A DNA stretch of 64,000 nt from assembly GCF_009914755.1 (NCBI RefSeq), contig NC_060929.1; one strand, written 5' to 3'. The DNA is from the human T2T-CHM13v2.0 reference genome, Homo sapiens. Each line of letters starts with the position of its first letter. The first letter of the stretch is position 1. Made by a program: the position numbers and the translations under genes. Positions 51,029 through 63,749 of the stretch are shown one piece after another. The notes under the pieces were generated by a model, which did no database searches, was not told the origin of the DNA, and saw nothing but the letters and a program-made list of their open reading frames with translations.

Positions 51029-52632
51029 TCAGTAGGGAAGACACTGGCTTTTCCCTCTGACTCTTGCTGATAGACTATTGGCCTGGTCCAGGGTGCTCTG
51101 TGATGAATAAAGTCCCAAGAAGAGAATGTCCCTGAGCAGATAACCAGGGTTTCAGTGACACAGTATCGACCAAGTGTTTACCTTAATAGCTTTACCCAGA
51201 AGAATCTTGGATCAGCATCTCTTAGTGGGTACTCCCATTTATCCTTTGAGAAGATTGTTCAGATTAGGGAAAATTGTTTCAGAGGAAGGGATAAATTCAA
51301 GTGAAGCTGGCAACAGAACCTAGGACTGCTGATTGCAACTTTTACTTTAGGTCTGATATAATTTTGTCTTCTATTTTACTTAAAATACTTTAGATTTAGT
51401 AGAAAGCTGAAGGTTTAATATTTTATAAAGATCATCCAAAATTCGAAATAGACTCTCCACAAAATAAAGAAGGGTAAATAGCACTGTGTTTATGCCCTTC
51501 AGTGTTCAGTTGGAGGATTCAATTTAATCTAAAAAATGCAATTAAAATGTAAGTGCTTTACACCCAGTTTAGGTCAATAGGCAAATGATGTTACTATGCA
51601 GAAGGTAACATAAAAATAGCTGTGGAGGATGTAAAGAGTTTAATGCATGGTCTCTGCCATCACTTGGAAAAGGCGATATAATCTCAGGAAATACAAAATA
51701 TATAAGGCAATATGTAAGCACCAAGTTAAGAGATTTAGCAATTTAAATTTAAAGATTGAAAGCCTCATTTTCATTGCAAATTACATAATTGCATTTTCAT
51801 GTTTTACAACAAATGAGTTGAATTTCTCTCCAAATTGTTCTTCTCTTGGAGAAACTACTTGGCTTGAGAAAGCCTATCCCCAAAGCCAGAGCCAGGCATC
51901 TTAGATGAAAGCTTTGCTGTTCTGGAACAGCACAGCCCTGCATGTGTCTTCGGGGTTGGGGGGACTGAAAGAGGTCTGATTCGATTAAAAAATGGAATAT
52001 GCCATTTATATGGATAACTAATTTGGAGATCAAGGGAAGACTTTCTCTTTTCTAGAACTATGAAAATGAGTTACTGTGTTTTGTCAGTAAATAAATGAGA
52101 GAATTAATTTACAGGAAATTACACATTGGTGTATAAAATTACACTTGGATATTTGAAGTATTTGGACAGGAAGAAGAGCTATGGCTCAAATGTGTTGTTC
52201 AAAGGCAAGAATTCTAAGGTAGGTTTTGCACAGTGGAGAAGGTGTGGCAGAAGGCTACATTTTATTACCTACCTTTCAGTCAGTATGGGCTTGGGGTATT
52301 TTCTCTGATATGCAAGAGATCTAAACCATGCAAACTATTCTATTATTATAAATTCAAATTATTAAATGGATGAGACTTTCTGGGTGAACTGTACAATTAC
52401 TATTTTAAATATTGAGAGGTTAATTTATGCAGTAAGGTGTGAGCTTGAACTCATGTTCAGTTCATTGGTGGATGTTTAGGATTATCTGACAAGTTGAAAA
52501 AATGGGTGGCATCCATTCATTTATATTTGTTGATTATCACAGGAGCGAGTTTTTGTGCAGCAAAAAAGAAAGGGAGGGAATTGGGATGGGCATCATAATA
52601 TCTGACCCAGATATGTGTCTTCACAATGAGTC

Positions 52633-53190
52633 GGTTACGGTAAGTAGCAGGTCACACATGAGCAGGGCAGAAGAGGGCTGCCCCCGGCCCACAGGCACAC
52701 ATCAGGAATGTTGGGCGACTATCAGGTGATGGTCAGGCTGTTGTTAACTGTCTCTCTAAAATAATAATTGGTCACAGCTTGTTCTAGGGAAAGGCAGGCT
52801 CCTAACAGATGAAACACCTGAAACCGGTGATCAGCAGCTTCCTGATAAGATCTCAGGAGTTGGGAAAGTGTGCTCAAGTATGTGCATGCAGACAGCCCAC
52901 CCCAAAGGAAGAATCAGGGGAGAAGTAAAGCAAGACCCCGGAAGTATGCCAAGGTACAAAACCCCAAGTTAAAAGGTCCAAATGCGCACTTGTCTTTCAA
53001 GTTGTCCACTTGGCCCTCTTCCAAGTGTACTTTCCTTCCTGCCCTAAAGTGTTTTTTTTTAATAAACTTTCATTCCTGCTCTAAAACTTGCTTTGGTCTC
53101 TCCTTCTGCCTTATGCCTTTCAGTCAAATTCTTTCTTCTGAGGAGGCGAGAATTGAGGTTGCCGCAGAATTGAGGTTGCCGCGGATAACA
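52633..53190 (+). mobile_element. ERV1 solo LTR, MER50-like
   Basis: gttacggtaagtagc..catgagcagggcag, atcaggtgatggtcagg and ggtgatcagcagcttcctgataagatctcaggagttggg. AATAAA at 53061; ends ...taaca; 4-bp flanks agtc/agcc. Confidence 0.8.
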
Positions 53191-53771
53191 AGCCGTACTG
53201 GCCATTTCCCCTTCTTTGAAATCTACTCTCTTTCCCTGGAGGTAGATGTCCTGTAGATATTCTGTATGATAGAATCCCTTTGTGCCTGGAGTAGACATCC
53301 TACTTAAGACGGGTCATTTTGATTTTCTTTCCTGTTAATCTGGAATTGGAGAAATTCCAGAACACTCAGGAAGTCTCTCTATGGAACTCAATCATATAAA
53401 CGGTTACACTGTAGTCACAGCAATAGAGTCTGCCAAGTAAAAAGAAAGCAGGAAAAGCTGGGTCAGGAGAGGGATAAAGAAGAGTGATATTGATACACTA
53501 GAAATCTGAGGTCACAAGAGGTACACCTATGGTTGCCGGTGACAAAGGGTAACCTAGAGAGGAGGAAGGTAGTTTTGTATTTAATGTGGAACCACCCTGA
53601 GGAGACACCAGTACTCTAACGGAGGGCACGGTGAGTGGTGGCCGTGTTCAAGAACACCTGGAAGTGACTGAGGATCAGGTCAGTAGATGACAAAAGGAAA
53701 ATCGTGCTGACAGACTGATGGATGAGTATCACCTAGAGACCTCAAGATACAGCTGGATAAGATTTGGAACC

Positions 53772-54072
53772 GTCCAGGTGCGGTGGCTCACGCCTGTAAT
53801 CCCTGCACTTTGGGAGGCCAAGGCAGGTGGATCACGAGGTCAGGAGTTTGAGACCAGCCTGGCCAACATGACGAAACCCCGTCTCTACTAAAAATACAAA
53901 AATTAGCCAGATGTGGTGGCAGGCACCTGTAGTTCCAGCTACTCAGGATGCTGAGGCAGGAGAGTCACTTAAAACCAGAAGGCGGAGGTTGCAGTGAGCC
54001 AAAATTGCACCACTGCACTCCAGCCTGTGCAACAAGAATGAAACTCTGTCTCAAAAACAAACAAACAAACAG
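53772..54072 (+). mobile_element. AluS (Sg/Sq-like) with (CAAA)n tail
   Basis: Full dimeric Alu. Degenerate TSD aagatttggaacc (53759-53771) / aagatttgtatcc (54073-54085). Confidence 0.94.
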
Positions 54073-55619
54073 AAGATTTGTATCCATGAGATGAGGATGG
54101 TAGTGAGCCCCTGAACATTAGCTAACTCTAATAGTATTATAGTGATCCCTTTAGTACTAATAATCAGTTAGGCTTAAGGAACCTTGCAATCGTGTAAGAG
54201 CAAAGGACTGTATTCCAGGGCAATTGCTTTCAAATAGTAGCAAAAGAATACAGCACAGTGGTAGCTTTACATTCAGTTGCACTATTCTGAAATAAGTGTC
54301 ACTCAATGGCCAGGTGGCCTTGGCTAAATCAGTCACCTTCTTGGGACCTCATTTGCTCATTTATAAAATGAAGCATCTGAGCAAGATGATTCATGTGATT
54401 TTTTTTCTTGGTCTGAAATCAGTATTTTTGTGAAGCTATGACTATGTTTCATTTGTTCTCCTACTCCTTCAAAAACATTCACAAACAATATTTTGGGGTA
54501 GATAATTCATTATGTTTTTCCCTATGCTTAGAGTTTTTGTCTATATGTATTTTATTATAAATCAACATTTGTTTCAATCTTTCTTATAAGCTGAAGTACA
54601 AATGAGCAACTTTCTTAAGACAAAATTTCAAAAGAGCAGGTTTTTTTTTTTTTTTTTGCAAGAATTTAAAAAGAAGTGTACTGAAATGAATCTTTCCCCT
54701 TTGAAGTATGGGACCCAAAAGCCATTATAAACGTGCCTCTGGTACATGTCAGTGGCTCAGCATTGGAAAGAAGCAATTTGGCTGTTGTCAAAAATCTGAT
54801 TTGTGTTTGTTGAAGTATTCCAGGCGCCCCGTGTATGGAAAGCTTCCTGAAGCTCTGACCAGCAGCAGCATTGCACCAATAGAGGCCTGGAAAGTGAAAA
54901 GCTGGTGAAAGCAGTGGAAGAAGGAGGATAATTAATGCACCTAAATCTTAGACAGGTAATGGAACATTATGTCCTTCATAAATCTGAGTTTGGCAGAGGA
55001 GTCAAAAGAAAAAAAGTGGAGGCACAAAAATACAGACACAAGATTTCTACTGGAGACACAAAATTCCTTATAGACTATCCTATAAGGAATTAGGAGGACA
55101 GTTTAGGACTAGCCCTAGGAAAACCTTGAAGGAGACAAAGTGTGTTTGAGATTATCTCCATTATGCTTTAAAAACTAGACAACTTATTTTCTGTGATATA
55201 ATTTGTGTGTATTAAAGTGCCATCTGAAGGCATGAATGAGGCTTGAAAATGAATTGCGAAGTTACCTCTACTATAGAATCGGAGTTGTTCAATATTTTTG
55301 AATTACTCTTTTTGCTAGCACCACAATCTCTATACATTCTGTAAAAATATGGAGATGTAATGACAGCTTAAGCACTAAGTGTACTAGGTTAGTAGGTGAT
55401 GGAAGACAGGGAGACAGAGAAAGGAAAGAGAAGGGGAAAGAAGGAAAATTTTAGAATACTAAAAAGGTATCAGGAATGCTGCTGGAAACATTTATAAATG
55501 TTATTTAATTTTTTTCCCATTAAAAAAGACTACATTGAATGCTGAGAATAAAATGGAATAAATGTTATTCCTTTGGGAGAAGAGTGGAGGTTTTCAAACA
55601 ATGTTATTAAATGTCAGGG

Positions 55620-55940
55620 GAGGCAATATAGAATATCAGTGAAGGCCATGGATGTAGGAGTCTGGGAGGTGTGGGTTTGAATTCAAGATGCTGCGCTTGC
55701 TAGTTGCTCAAAGCATCAGTTTCCTTGTCATCAAAGTGATCCTAGTGACATCTAGTTTTTATAGGCTGCTGGTCCCAGAGTAAGCATTCTTTACCCATTA
55801 TCTCATTTAATCCTTACAATTGATATCTGAGGTAGATATTGTTATGCCCATTTTGCCGAAGGGGCACCTCTTGCTAAAAGTAACAGCTGGCCAGTGGCAG
55901 GAAACCCAGGTTTTATGACTCCAAGTCTAGAGCACTTTGA
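55620..55940. mobile_element. Two adjacent MIR fragments in opposite orientation
   Basis: gggtttgaattc...catcagtttccttgtcatcaaagtg, followed by cattatctcatttaatccttacaa...gcccattttg. Confidence 0.6.
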
Positions 55941-57642
55941 CTTACCTGGGATTTTGACCAGAGAAGTCAGAACAAAAACAGGCAGAATGAAAATGGCATG
56001 CCACTGCCATGTTCTTCAGGGCCCAGGTGTCTTCTTGGAGCTGGTAGTACTATGTCAGGAAATAGAGGCCCTTGAGTGAGGCCTTCCTCTTCTTGCCACT
56101 CCATTCAAATTGACCTGTGAGCTAGTCCCTGAGCATATGCTGTCTATTGTGGCAAACTGGAGGTGGGACTTCATGTCAGGACACTATCCTATAATAATAG
56201 CCTCATCTCAGGCCATGGCAATGATTCAAAATAAATTCAGAAGTTCTTGAAATCTCCCAAGCTTTGCTCCTTATTCTCCACACACAAGGTTATTCTTCAA
56301 CCCACACAGTCAATCAAGGGGCATGGTTAACTGACACCATATTTGCTGCTGCTATTGTCTGCTTGAGGCACGTGGCCCTGGGAAGCAGGCCTTTGGACCA
56401 GGCTGGACTCCTGTTTGTAACTGTTTTCCAGCACTGGGTTTTCAGAGTGGTTTTCTCCTCCTCAGTCAATTAGTATTTATTATCCCCTATGAACTCATCA
56501 TTAAGGTAACAGAAAAACATTAAGAAGCCATTATCTTGATATAAAGGACTTTATAGTGTTCCCAAATGAAGGTTGGGGTGGAGGGTAGGGGGTGAATTGA
56601 TTATTTCCAACCATAATGACTGCTTGTTTCTCTCTTTCAACTAGTTTTTAACCTATAGAACTGATTCAAGCAAATCGTAGATATTGCAGCAACATAGAAT
56701 GCTATTGAACAGAGGAAAATATAAGGCATCAACAAAGAATGAGTTTGAATTCACTTTCTAGCCTTCCAAACCTGCTAACAGACAGAATAAGCAGAATTTT
56801 AAAAGGCTCGTCATTGAAACCATAACTTAAAACATAACACGTATATTCTAGTTTTTGATCCACTCATAAGTAGTTGTACATTCTTAGATGAGTCGCTTGA
56901 CCTCTCTGGATCCTAGTATTCTTTTCTCTAAAATAAATGAAGCATAATATGTGAGAAATTATACACCTATGTTTCTTTCAGCTAGAGCCCTGAGCTTCTG
57001 GGCCCCCTCACCTAGAAATATATTAATTTTAATTATTGTGGCAGGTGGGTAGGCTAGGCTGTTGCTGCAATCTCTGGTCTTTACTGAAGTTTCAAGTCTC
57101 TGCAAGTTGGAGGGGGCGACTTTGGGTTCCACAGCAGGGAAGGGCCAAGGGCCAAAGGCCCCACCACTGGCCTGTGAAATATCCCCTAAACTGACAGGCA
57201 TCAGACTACATAAGAGTTTAGACACTTCTAACAATAATTACAGGTTAATAAAAATGGATTCAGAACTAGAGAGCTTTACTCCCTGTTCTGACAGTAATTT
57301 GACTTACTGCTTTAGACAAGCTACTTACACTGCCAATTTTACATTTTCCCCCTTGGCCAAAAGGGAAGAATCATATTGATTCCAATTATTTTATCAGACT
57401 GTTGTGAGGATCACCCTCACCCCACCCGTGCATTGTACCCAGATATAAAAGTACCTTCAACATCTGTGGGGTTTGTGGTGGCAGATCTCATTTATCCATA
57501 ATAGATATGTCACTCACTAGCCTTTCTGCATGATTATTCCTAAAGAACAACTCTTAGCTTGCCACTTCCCTATTTTAAAACCTTCTATGGCTCCCATTCT
57601 TGATGAAGGTAATCTGAAAAACCCAAAATGTCACAAGCCAGA

Positions 57643-58004
57643 TGATATGGTTTGGCTGTGTCCCCACCCATATCTCATCTTGAATTGTAGCTCCCATAAT
57701 TCCCATGTGTTGTGGGAGGGACCCAATGGGAGACAATTGAATAATGTGGGTGGTTTCTCCCATACTGTTCTCATGGTTGTGAATAAGTCTCATGAGATCT
57801 GATAGTTTTATAAAGGGAAATCCCTTTTACTTGGCTCTCATTCTCTCTCCTGCCTGCAACCACGTAAGAAGTGCCTTTTGCCTTCTGCCATAATTGGAGG
57901 CCTCCCAACCACGTGGAGCTTTTAGTCCATTAAACCTCTTTTTCTTTATAAATTACCCGGTCTCAGGTATGTCTTTATCAGCAGTGTAAAAATGGACTAA
58001 CACA
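57643..58004 (+). mobile_element. THE1 (MaLR) solo LTR, THE1B/C-like
   Basis: TGATATGGTTTGGCTGTGTCCCCACCC start, ccattaaacctctttttctttataaattaccc, and the end ggactaacaca; 362 bp. Confidence 0.93.
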
Positions 58005-58692
58005 TCTGGTTACTGACAAGGTCATAGAGACCAGATAGACTCAACATTTGCCAGCTCAGTCATCCTCAACTGTGGACAAACAAGTCCTCCGTGCTCCCTT
58101 TTTTCCACTCCTATTTCTTCAGACACTTCCACCAGAGGCTGCCAATGATCTATCAGATCAGTGTGGGCTTCTAATCCCTTCCCATTGTCTTCCCACATCT
58201 GTTCTCCAACGAAGAGTTGCCCACCTGATCTGGTGCAGCCGCTGCCTCCAACTATCAATCAGTCCCTTCTTGAGTATCCATTTCCATTGCATCAACTCTG
58301 CTACTCAGCCCATATGACCACCGGCACCCTGATTCCTCTTCCTGTGGTGGCTGCAGTCACAATGCTGAAGTCCTGGGATACTATCTAAAGTCCTCAGCAG
58401 TCTGATCCCAATCTGCTCCAGCTGTGTTGCCTAGTTCTCCCTACGGGAACTTTGTGCTCAGGGCAAAATTTCTTTCTTAACTTCAGACATCCTTCCTGCT
58501 TAGGGTAACCTCTACTCTATCATCCCTTTTATATGTTTTTAAGCTTTGTCTTCTTTCAAGCTTTAATCAAAACCTCACCTGCTCCAGGAAGCCATTCCTG
58601 ACCCCCTCATTGAAACTCAGTAGCCTTTTCTCTCAACAGCATTAATTTTATTCCTTGCATTCTACGTATAACACTTAAATGCTGTCAGAACT

Positions 58693-59012
58693 GTTTGTTT
58701 GTTTGTTTGTTTGTTTGTTTGTTTGAGACAGTGTCTTACCCTGTCACCCAGGCTGGGGTGCAGGGGTGAGATCATAGCTCACTGTAGCTTCCAACTCCTG
58801 GGCTCAAGAAATCCTCCTGCCTCAGCCTGCTGAGTAGCTGGTACTACAGACTCATGCCACTGTGCCTGGCTAATATTTTAAAAAAACTGTTGGCAGAGAC
58901 AGGGTCTCACTATGTAGCCCAGGATGGTCTTGAACTCCTGGCCTTAAGGGATCCTCCCTCCTTGGACTATCAAATTGTTGGGATTATAGGCATGAGCACA
59001 CTGCAACTGACC
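58693..59012 (-). mobile_element. AluJ with (GTTT)n tail
   Basis: gatcatagctcactgtagc..ctcctgggctcaag and gggtctcactatgtagcccagg are AluJ diagnostics. Confidence 0.92.
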
Positions 59013-59206
59013 AGAGCTGACTTTTGAAGTCAGGACTCAGTCCTAGTACAGTCTTTGCAAATCTTACTGTTTAGATGATGTCTTAAACTCATTTTTCTAG
59101 AAGTGCTACTAAAATACATATTACTTGTGGCAAAATGTTGGATACTAACAATATTACTACTCCTTCAGGTCCTGGTGGGGGATGAAAGGATTTGGTGAAA
59201 TCCTAC

Positions 59207-59750
59207 ATTCACCAAATACCTAGTGAGCATTAATTATGTATCAGCACCATGCTGAGATTAGGTGGTAACAGAAAAGATGCTGTTCCTGTCCCAAGGATCT
59301 TACATCTGTGTAGGAGAGAGGGATATTAAAAACAAACAAAAAACCCAACTACCAAATAACTGTTATGTCACAACAATTTTGCTAAGTGTCATGGAGGAAA
59401 ACTATAGTGTATCAGAGGGTATATTAAGTGGAATCTAATCTGAATTTGGCAGTAAAATGTGTCCTCTATGGAAGTGGCATGACCTCAGACTGAAAAGGTG
59501 AGGAAGAATTAGCCAGGTAGAAATGAGATGAGACCATTGCCCAATGAGAAAAGAGCCCCTGTAGGGTACTGGGGTGGGAAGGAGCATGGGGACTGGGGTA
59601 ACAGAAAGAAGCTGTCTGGACAGAACAGGGTGATCTACAAAGGGAGTAATGGGGATGAGGCTGCACAGACTAGCAGCCAGTGGCTGGATCATGGAGGTCT
59701 TTTAGGCCATGACATAATTTTGATTTTAATCCTAAAAGTGAGGTGACACA
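59207..59750 (-). mobile_element. L2 LINE 3' fragment
   Basis: cattcaccaaatacctagtgagc...agactgaaaaggtgaggaagaattagccagg...ggatcatggaggtcttttaggccatg. Confidence 0.75.
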
Positions 59751-60727
59751 CATGCCTAATTTTAACGGATGCTATAATCATACTGAGGTTTTTTTAAAAA
59801 GATAAATCCCAAGAAGAAATGTTTTGGGGTGATGTAAAAAGTCAACTAGATGCATTCTTTAACAAAAGAGGGATTCATAAGAGAGAAAGTTGGGGCAATA
59901 TGAATATCTGACTTCCCCCAATAAACATGTCTACCAGAGCTGGCCTTTACAGTGGCCCACTCTCAGGTTCATTCCTGCTGTAAAGTTCCCAAGCAAATTC
60001 CCGCTGTAAAGTTCCAAGTTCCTGCTGTAAACTTCCTGCTGTAAACTTCCCAAGGTAAGGAAGACTCCTGCTGAGGCAGCAGACTGCTGCAGTTTACCCA
60101 GCCAGACTCTCTGTGACTCTCATGGAGAGAAGAGTGTGACAAGGGGCAGGTAGAAAGAATGATTGTGACTTGGTCCTCTCCCCTTCATGAAGCTGGACAA
60201 GCAGCAGTTACCCTCTTGCCCACTAGTAAAGAAATAGAACTGATTATTCTATAGATGGTATCTTTTTTTTTTCCTCAGTATCACACTAATCAACTCCCTG
60301 TGGCTGTGATGATGAGAGATGCTAAATTGCTGAAACGGCAGGCTTTCAGAGGAGATAAAATTGAGCACCTGCTCTTAGGTCCATAAATAACTGAGGGTTA
60401 TTTTCCCTGGGGACTCTGATGCTGGTCCTAACATTCCCACCAAATGTTAATGTAGTCATTACACTGTGTCTGATTGAATTATCATTGTAATTTCAGGAGA
60501 AAACTTTGGTTTGGCCAGAGCAAAAAATATACTTTAAGAAGCACTAGTTTATACCTGAATTAGGTTTTGTGGCTGAACATCTGTGAATTCACAAAATCCA
60601 GAAAAAAAAATCTGGCTTTAGTTGTTCACCGTTTTTTGTACTCAAATATGCCTAACCTAAAATCTGCTTTGTTGTTGTCAAACGAGCATGGGTCCATAAT
60701 TATTATCAATTTTATCTTATTCATAAT

Positions 60728-60772
60728 AAAATAAGCATTATTGAAAAATAAGCATTATTGAAAAATAAGCAT
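60728..60772. repeat. 17-bp tandem repeat (AAAATAAGCATTATTGA) x2.6
   Basis: Perfect copies seen directly. Confidence 0.9.
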
Positions 60773-61659
60773 GTCTAAAACTATCCTAACAGTCAATCCT
60801 CTTCCACCTGATAGCTTTTTAAGAATTGACCTTGCCCATCTACTTTTCTAGTGAAATAATTGCATCATCACTTCTTTGCTAGGTAACATAGGACATATTT
60901 GGCGATTCTGTCTGCACATGGAAGGACTTTCTCTTCTATAGCTATGAAGTATTCTCTCTTCTGGTGGCCTTTGACGTAAGTATTATAAATCTACCAATTA
61001 TCAGAAGTGTGTAATGTTGCCCAGTTTCCAAATCTTCCTTAAATGCTTGTCCACAGAAATATTTGAACAATTGAATAACACTCTACTTTTCATGAAGACA
61101 TTCCAGAATCATAAAGACAAGCCCTAGGCTCTTTGATATTATTCTTTACTTGAAAGTGACCTTACTGTAATAGGCTGATGCCTAGCACCTAGCAGTTATT
61201 ATCTAGAGTTCCTAAGAGCTTTTCCCAATATCTTTCTTTCATCCTTCATTTCCGCTTCGCTTGAGATTTCCCAGCCTCACTATCACTCTCACCACCTCTC
61301 ATCTGCCATGTGGAAAAAATACTTCATTGGCGTTCCTACTTCCCTGCTCAATCACATGCAAAGTTCACCATGAATCATAGTTGTTAATGGTTCCCCTCTG
61401 CCTTTTGTACTTGTTTCAAATTCTGCAACTCAGCCTTCAAAGCCCCTAATTAACTGGCTCCCATTGAACCATCTTCCACAGTGCCTCAAAAGAACTCTTA
61501 TTCTTTCATCAGTCTGATTTTCCCATTGCATCTGCCCCTCACACTCCCAACACATACATATAACTCATATTCATTTCAACTGCATGAATTAATGAATAAT
61601 ATGTCCCTCCATGCAATGTTCTCTTTCCCTTAGTTTCACTACTTCAAATAAAAACTCAC

Positions 61660-61900
61660 TGCATATATTTAATGTGTATTTGGACATATGTATACACATG
61701 GATACCATCACCATAATCAAGGCAATAAGCACATCTGTCACTTCCAAAGTTTCCTTGTGTCTCTTTGCTTTTTAACTTTATTTATTTTGTGGTAAGAGCA
61801 CTTAACATGAGGTCTGCTGTCTTAACAACTTTTAAGTGCATACCACTTGTATTGTTAACTATAGACACTACAGCAGATATCTAGAAGTCATTTATCCTGT
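61660..61900 (-). mobile_element. L1MA9/MA10-like 3' end
   Basis: accatcaccataatcaagg..., ggtaagagcacttaacatgagg..cttaacaacttttaagtgcata..gtattgttaactatag. Confidence 0.75.
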
Positions 61901-61959
61901 AAGACCATTAATATCTTAAATTTTATTTCTTTAACTTTATACCCAGCTGATAACTCAGT

Positions 61960-62560
61960 TACTTTCAGAATTCCAAGTTTGATTCATTTTCTTTCAAAAT
62001 TTTGAAGGCTTTACTCTACCATGTTCTAGCTTCTAGTTTTACTTCTGGGAAGTCTAATGTCATTTTGATTCTCGATCATTTATACAGGACATACTCTTAA
62101 TTCTCTTTGGAAGCTTTAAGATCTGTTTTCCCAGTAACTGAAATGTCATCATATCATGACTTGGTATGAGTCATTTCTCACTTATGATGCTAGGCTCTGA
62201 GAGAGCTCATTCAAGATGGAAACTTGTGCCTTTTACTTCAGAAATATTTATTGTTTTTGTCATTATTATTATAATCATTACTAAATTTTCTATATTCTCT
62301 TTTTATTCTGCAAGTCCTGCTATTTGGATACTGGATATCTTACAATGATCCTCTAAATCACATACTTGGACTCTTCTATTTTCAACCTACCTGTTTTGGG
62401 TTTTACTTTTTGAAATATATCTTCAATATTGTCTTCAAAAATTATATACAATTTTTTAACAGGTATCACATTTTTTGTTTTTCAAGAGTTATTTTATCTT
62501 GTGATTTGCTTATTTCTTTTGTATAGATTTATGTTATTAAATAGATGTAATATTTTATAT
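61960..62560 (-). mobile_element. Ancient L1ME/HAL1-like ORF1 relic
   Basis: ttgaaggctttactctaccatgttctagcttctag..gaagtctaatgtcattttgattctc resembles an antisense ORF1. Confidence 0.55.
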
Positions 62561-62627
62561 GTGCAGTGGGGTTTTGTGTATCAATTATACCTCAATAAAG
62601 TTTTAAAAAAAGAAACTAGAAAAAATA

Positions 62628-63692
62628 CAGTTGACCCTTGAACAATGTAGGAGATTGGGAGGCTGACCCCCTGTGCAGTAGAACATCCACATATAACTTT
62701 GTACTACCCCAAAACTTAACTACTAATAGCCTACTGTTGACTGGAAGGCTTACCCGTAACATAAACAGTCTATTAACACATTTTGTATGTTATGTGTACT
62801 ATATATTGTATTCTTAAAATAGGCTAGAAAAAAGAAAATGTTATTAAAAATATCATAAGGAAGAGAAAACACATTTTTACATTACTGTATTGTATTTATC
62901 CATACTGTAAGTTTATGTTGCCTATTTACAAGATACGTTGTCTATTTGCAATGGCAGGCAACCGCAGCTGCAAATCTTATCCATGATACCTATCAAGCAA
63001 TCCAACTTTGCCTAGTAATGTCATTACTTTTCTCTGCTTCTTGGGAGCACGTCTAGCATCACTAGAGGTACTTCGTATGGGTCCTATGTTGTTATTCAAG
63101 GTTTATGGCATTACACTATACATGAAAAATACACCAGAACCACAAGAGGTCACTTTTTACTGTGATTCACATTTTACTGGAGAGCTGAACTGCTCACAGG
63201 GAGATGATGAGCATCACATGGCATTTTAAGAGGATACTTGGCAACACTTGAGCTCATGGCAAAAGCAGCAGGAGGTGGCCACAAAATTATTACAGTAGTA
63301 CAGTATGTACTACAGTTAATTTTATACAGTTATGATTTAGTAATACTTTAGGTTTCTTTACATTTATGTTTCTTTACATTTCTCTTGACTGTGAATGGCA
63401 TCATGTACAGTCTGAGTGCATAAGTTTTAATAAATTTTAACTTTGGTAATGGATCTGTGCATGTTTTATGGTAGTAAATGATAAAATAGACTAATATCTA
63501 TGTATAATTTACACATTGATGTCACACATAATGCTTTCTTGTTTTTTTTTCTGTATTTTTAGCCAATGCAGTTTGTTTGCAAGTTTCTTCAAATTGTCAC
63601 AAATCTCCAAAAAATTTCCAATATATTTATGTAAAAAAATATGTATAAGGGGATTCATGCCATTCAAACTTGTGTTGTTCAAGGGTTAACTG
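62628..63692. mobile_element. Tigger2-family (Tigger2b-like) TcMar DNA transposon, both ends intact
   Basis: TIRs CAGTTGACCCTTGAACAA / TTGTTCAAGGGTTAACTG (1 mismatch in 18). TA target duplications at 62626-62627 and 63693-63694; 1065 bp. Confidence 0.92.
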
Positions 63693-63749
63693 TAGAGACC
63701 ATAATGGTCTAAAAAACACCTAACTTTCCATGTACTCATGAGTAGCTAT

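Noticed and set aside
52870-53256. 128-aa ORF
   Set aside because: Lies in an LTR, has a non-ATG start and shows no recognisable domain.
59187-59217. Two mutually exclusive small hairpins (7 bp and 10 bp)
   Set aside because: Short, at the tail of an L2 relic, and compatible with chance; no evidence of transcription.
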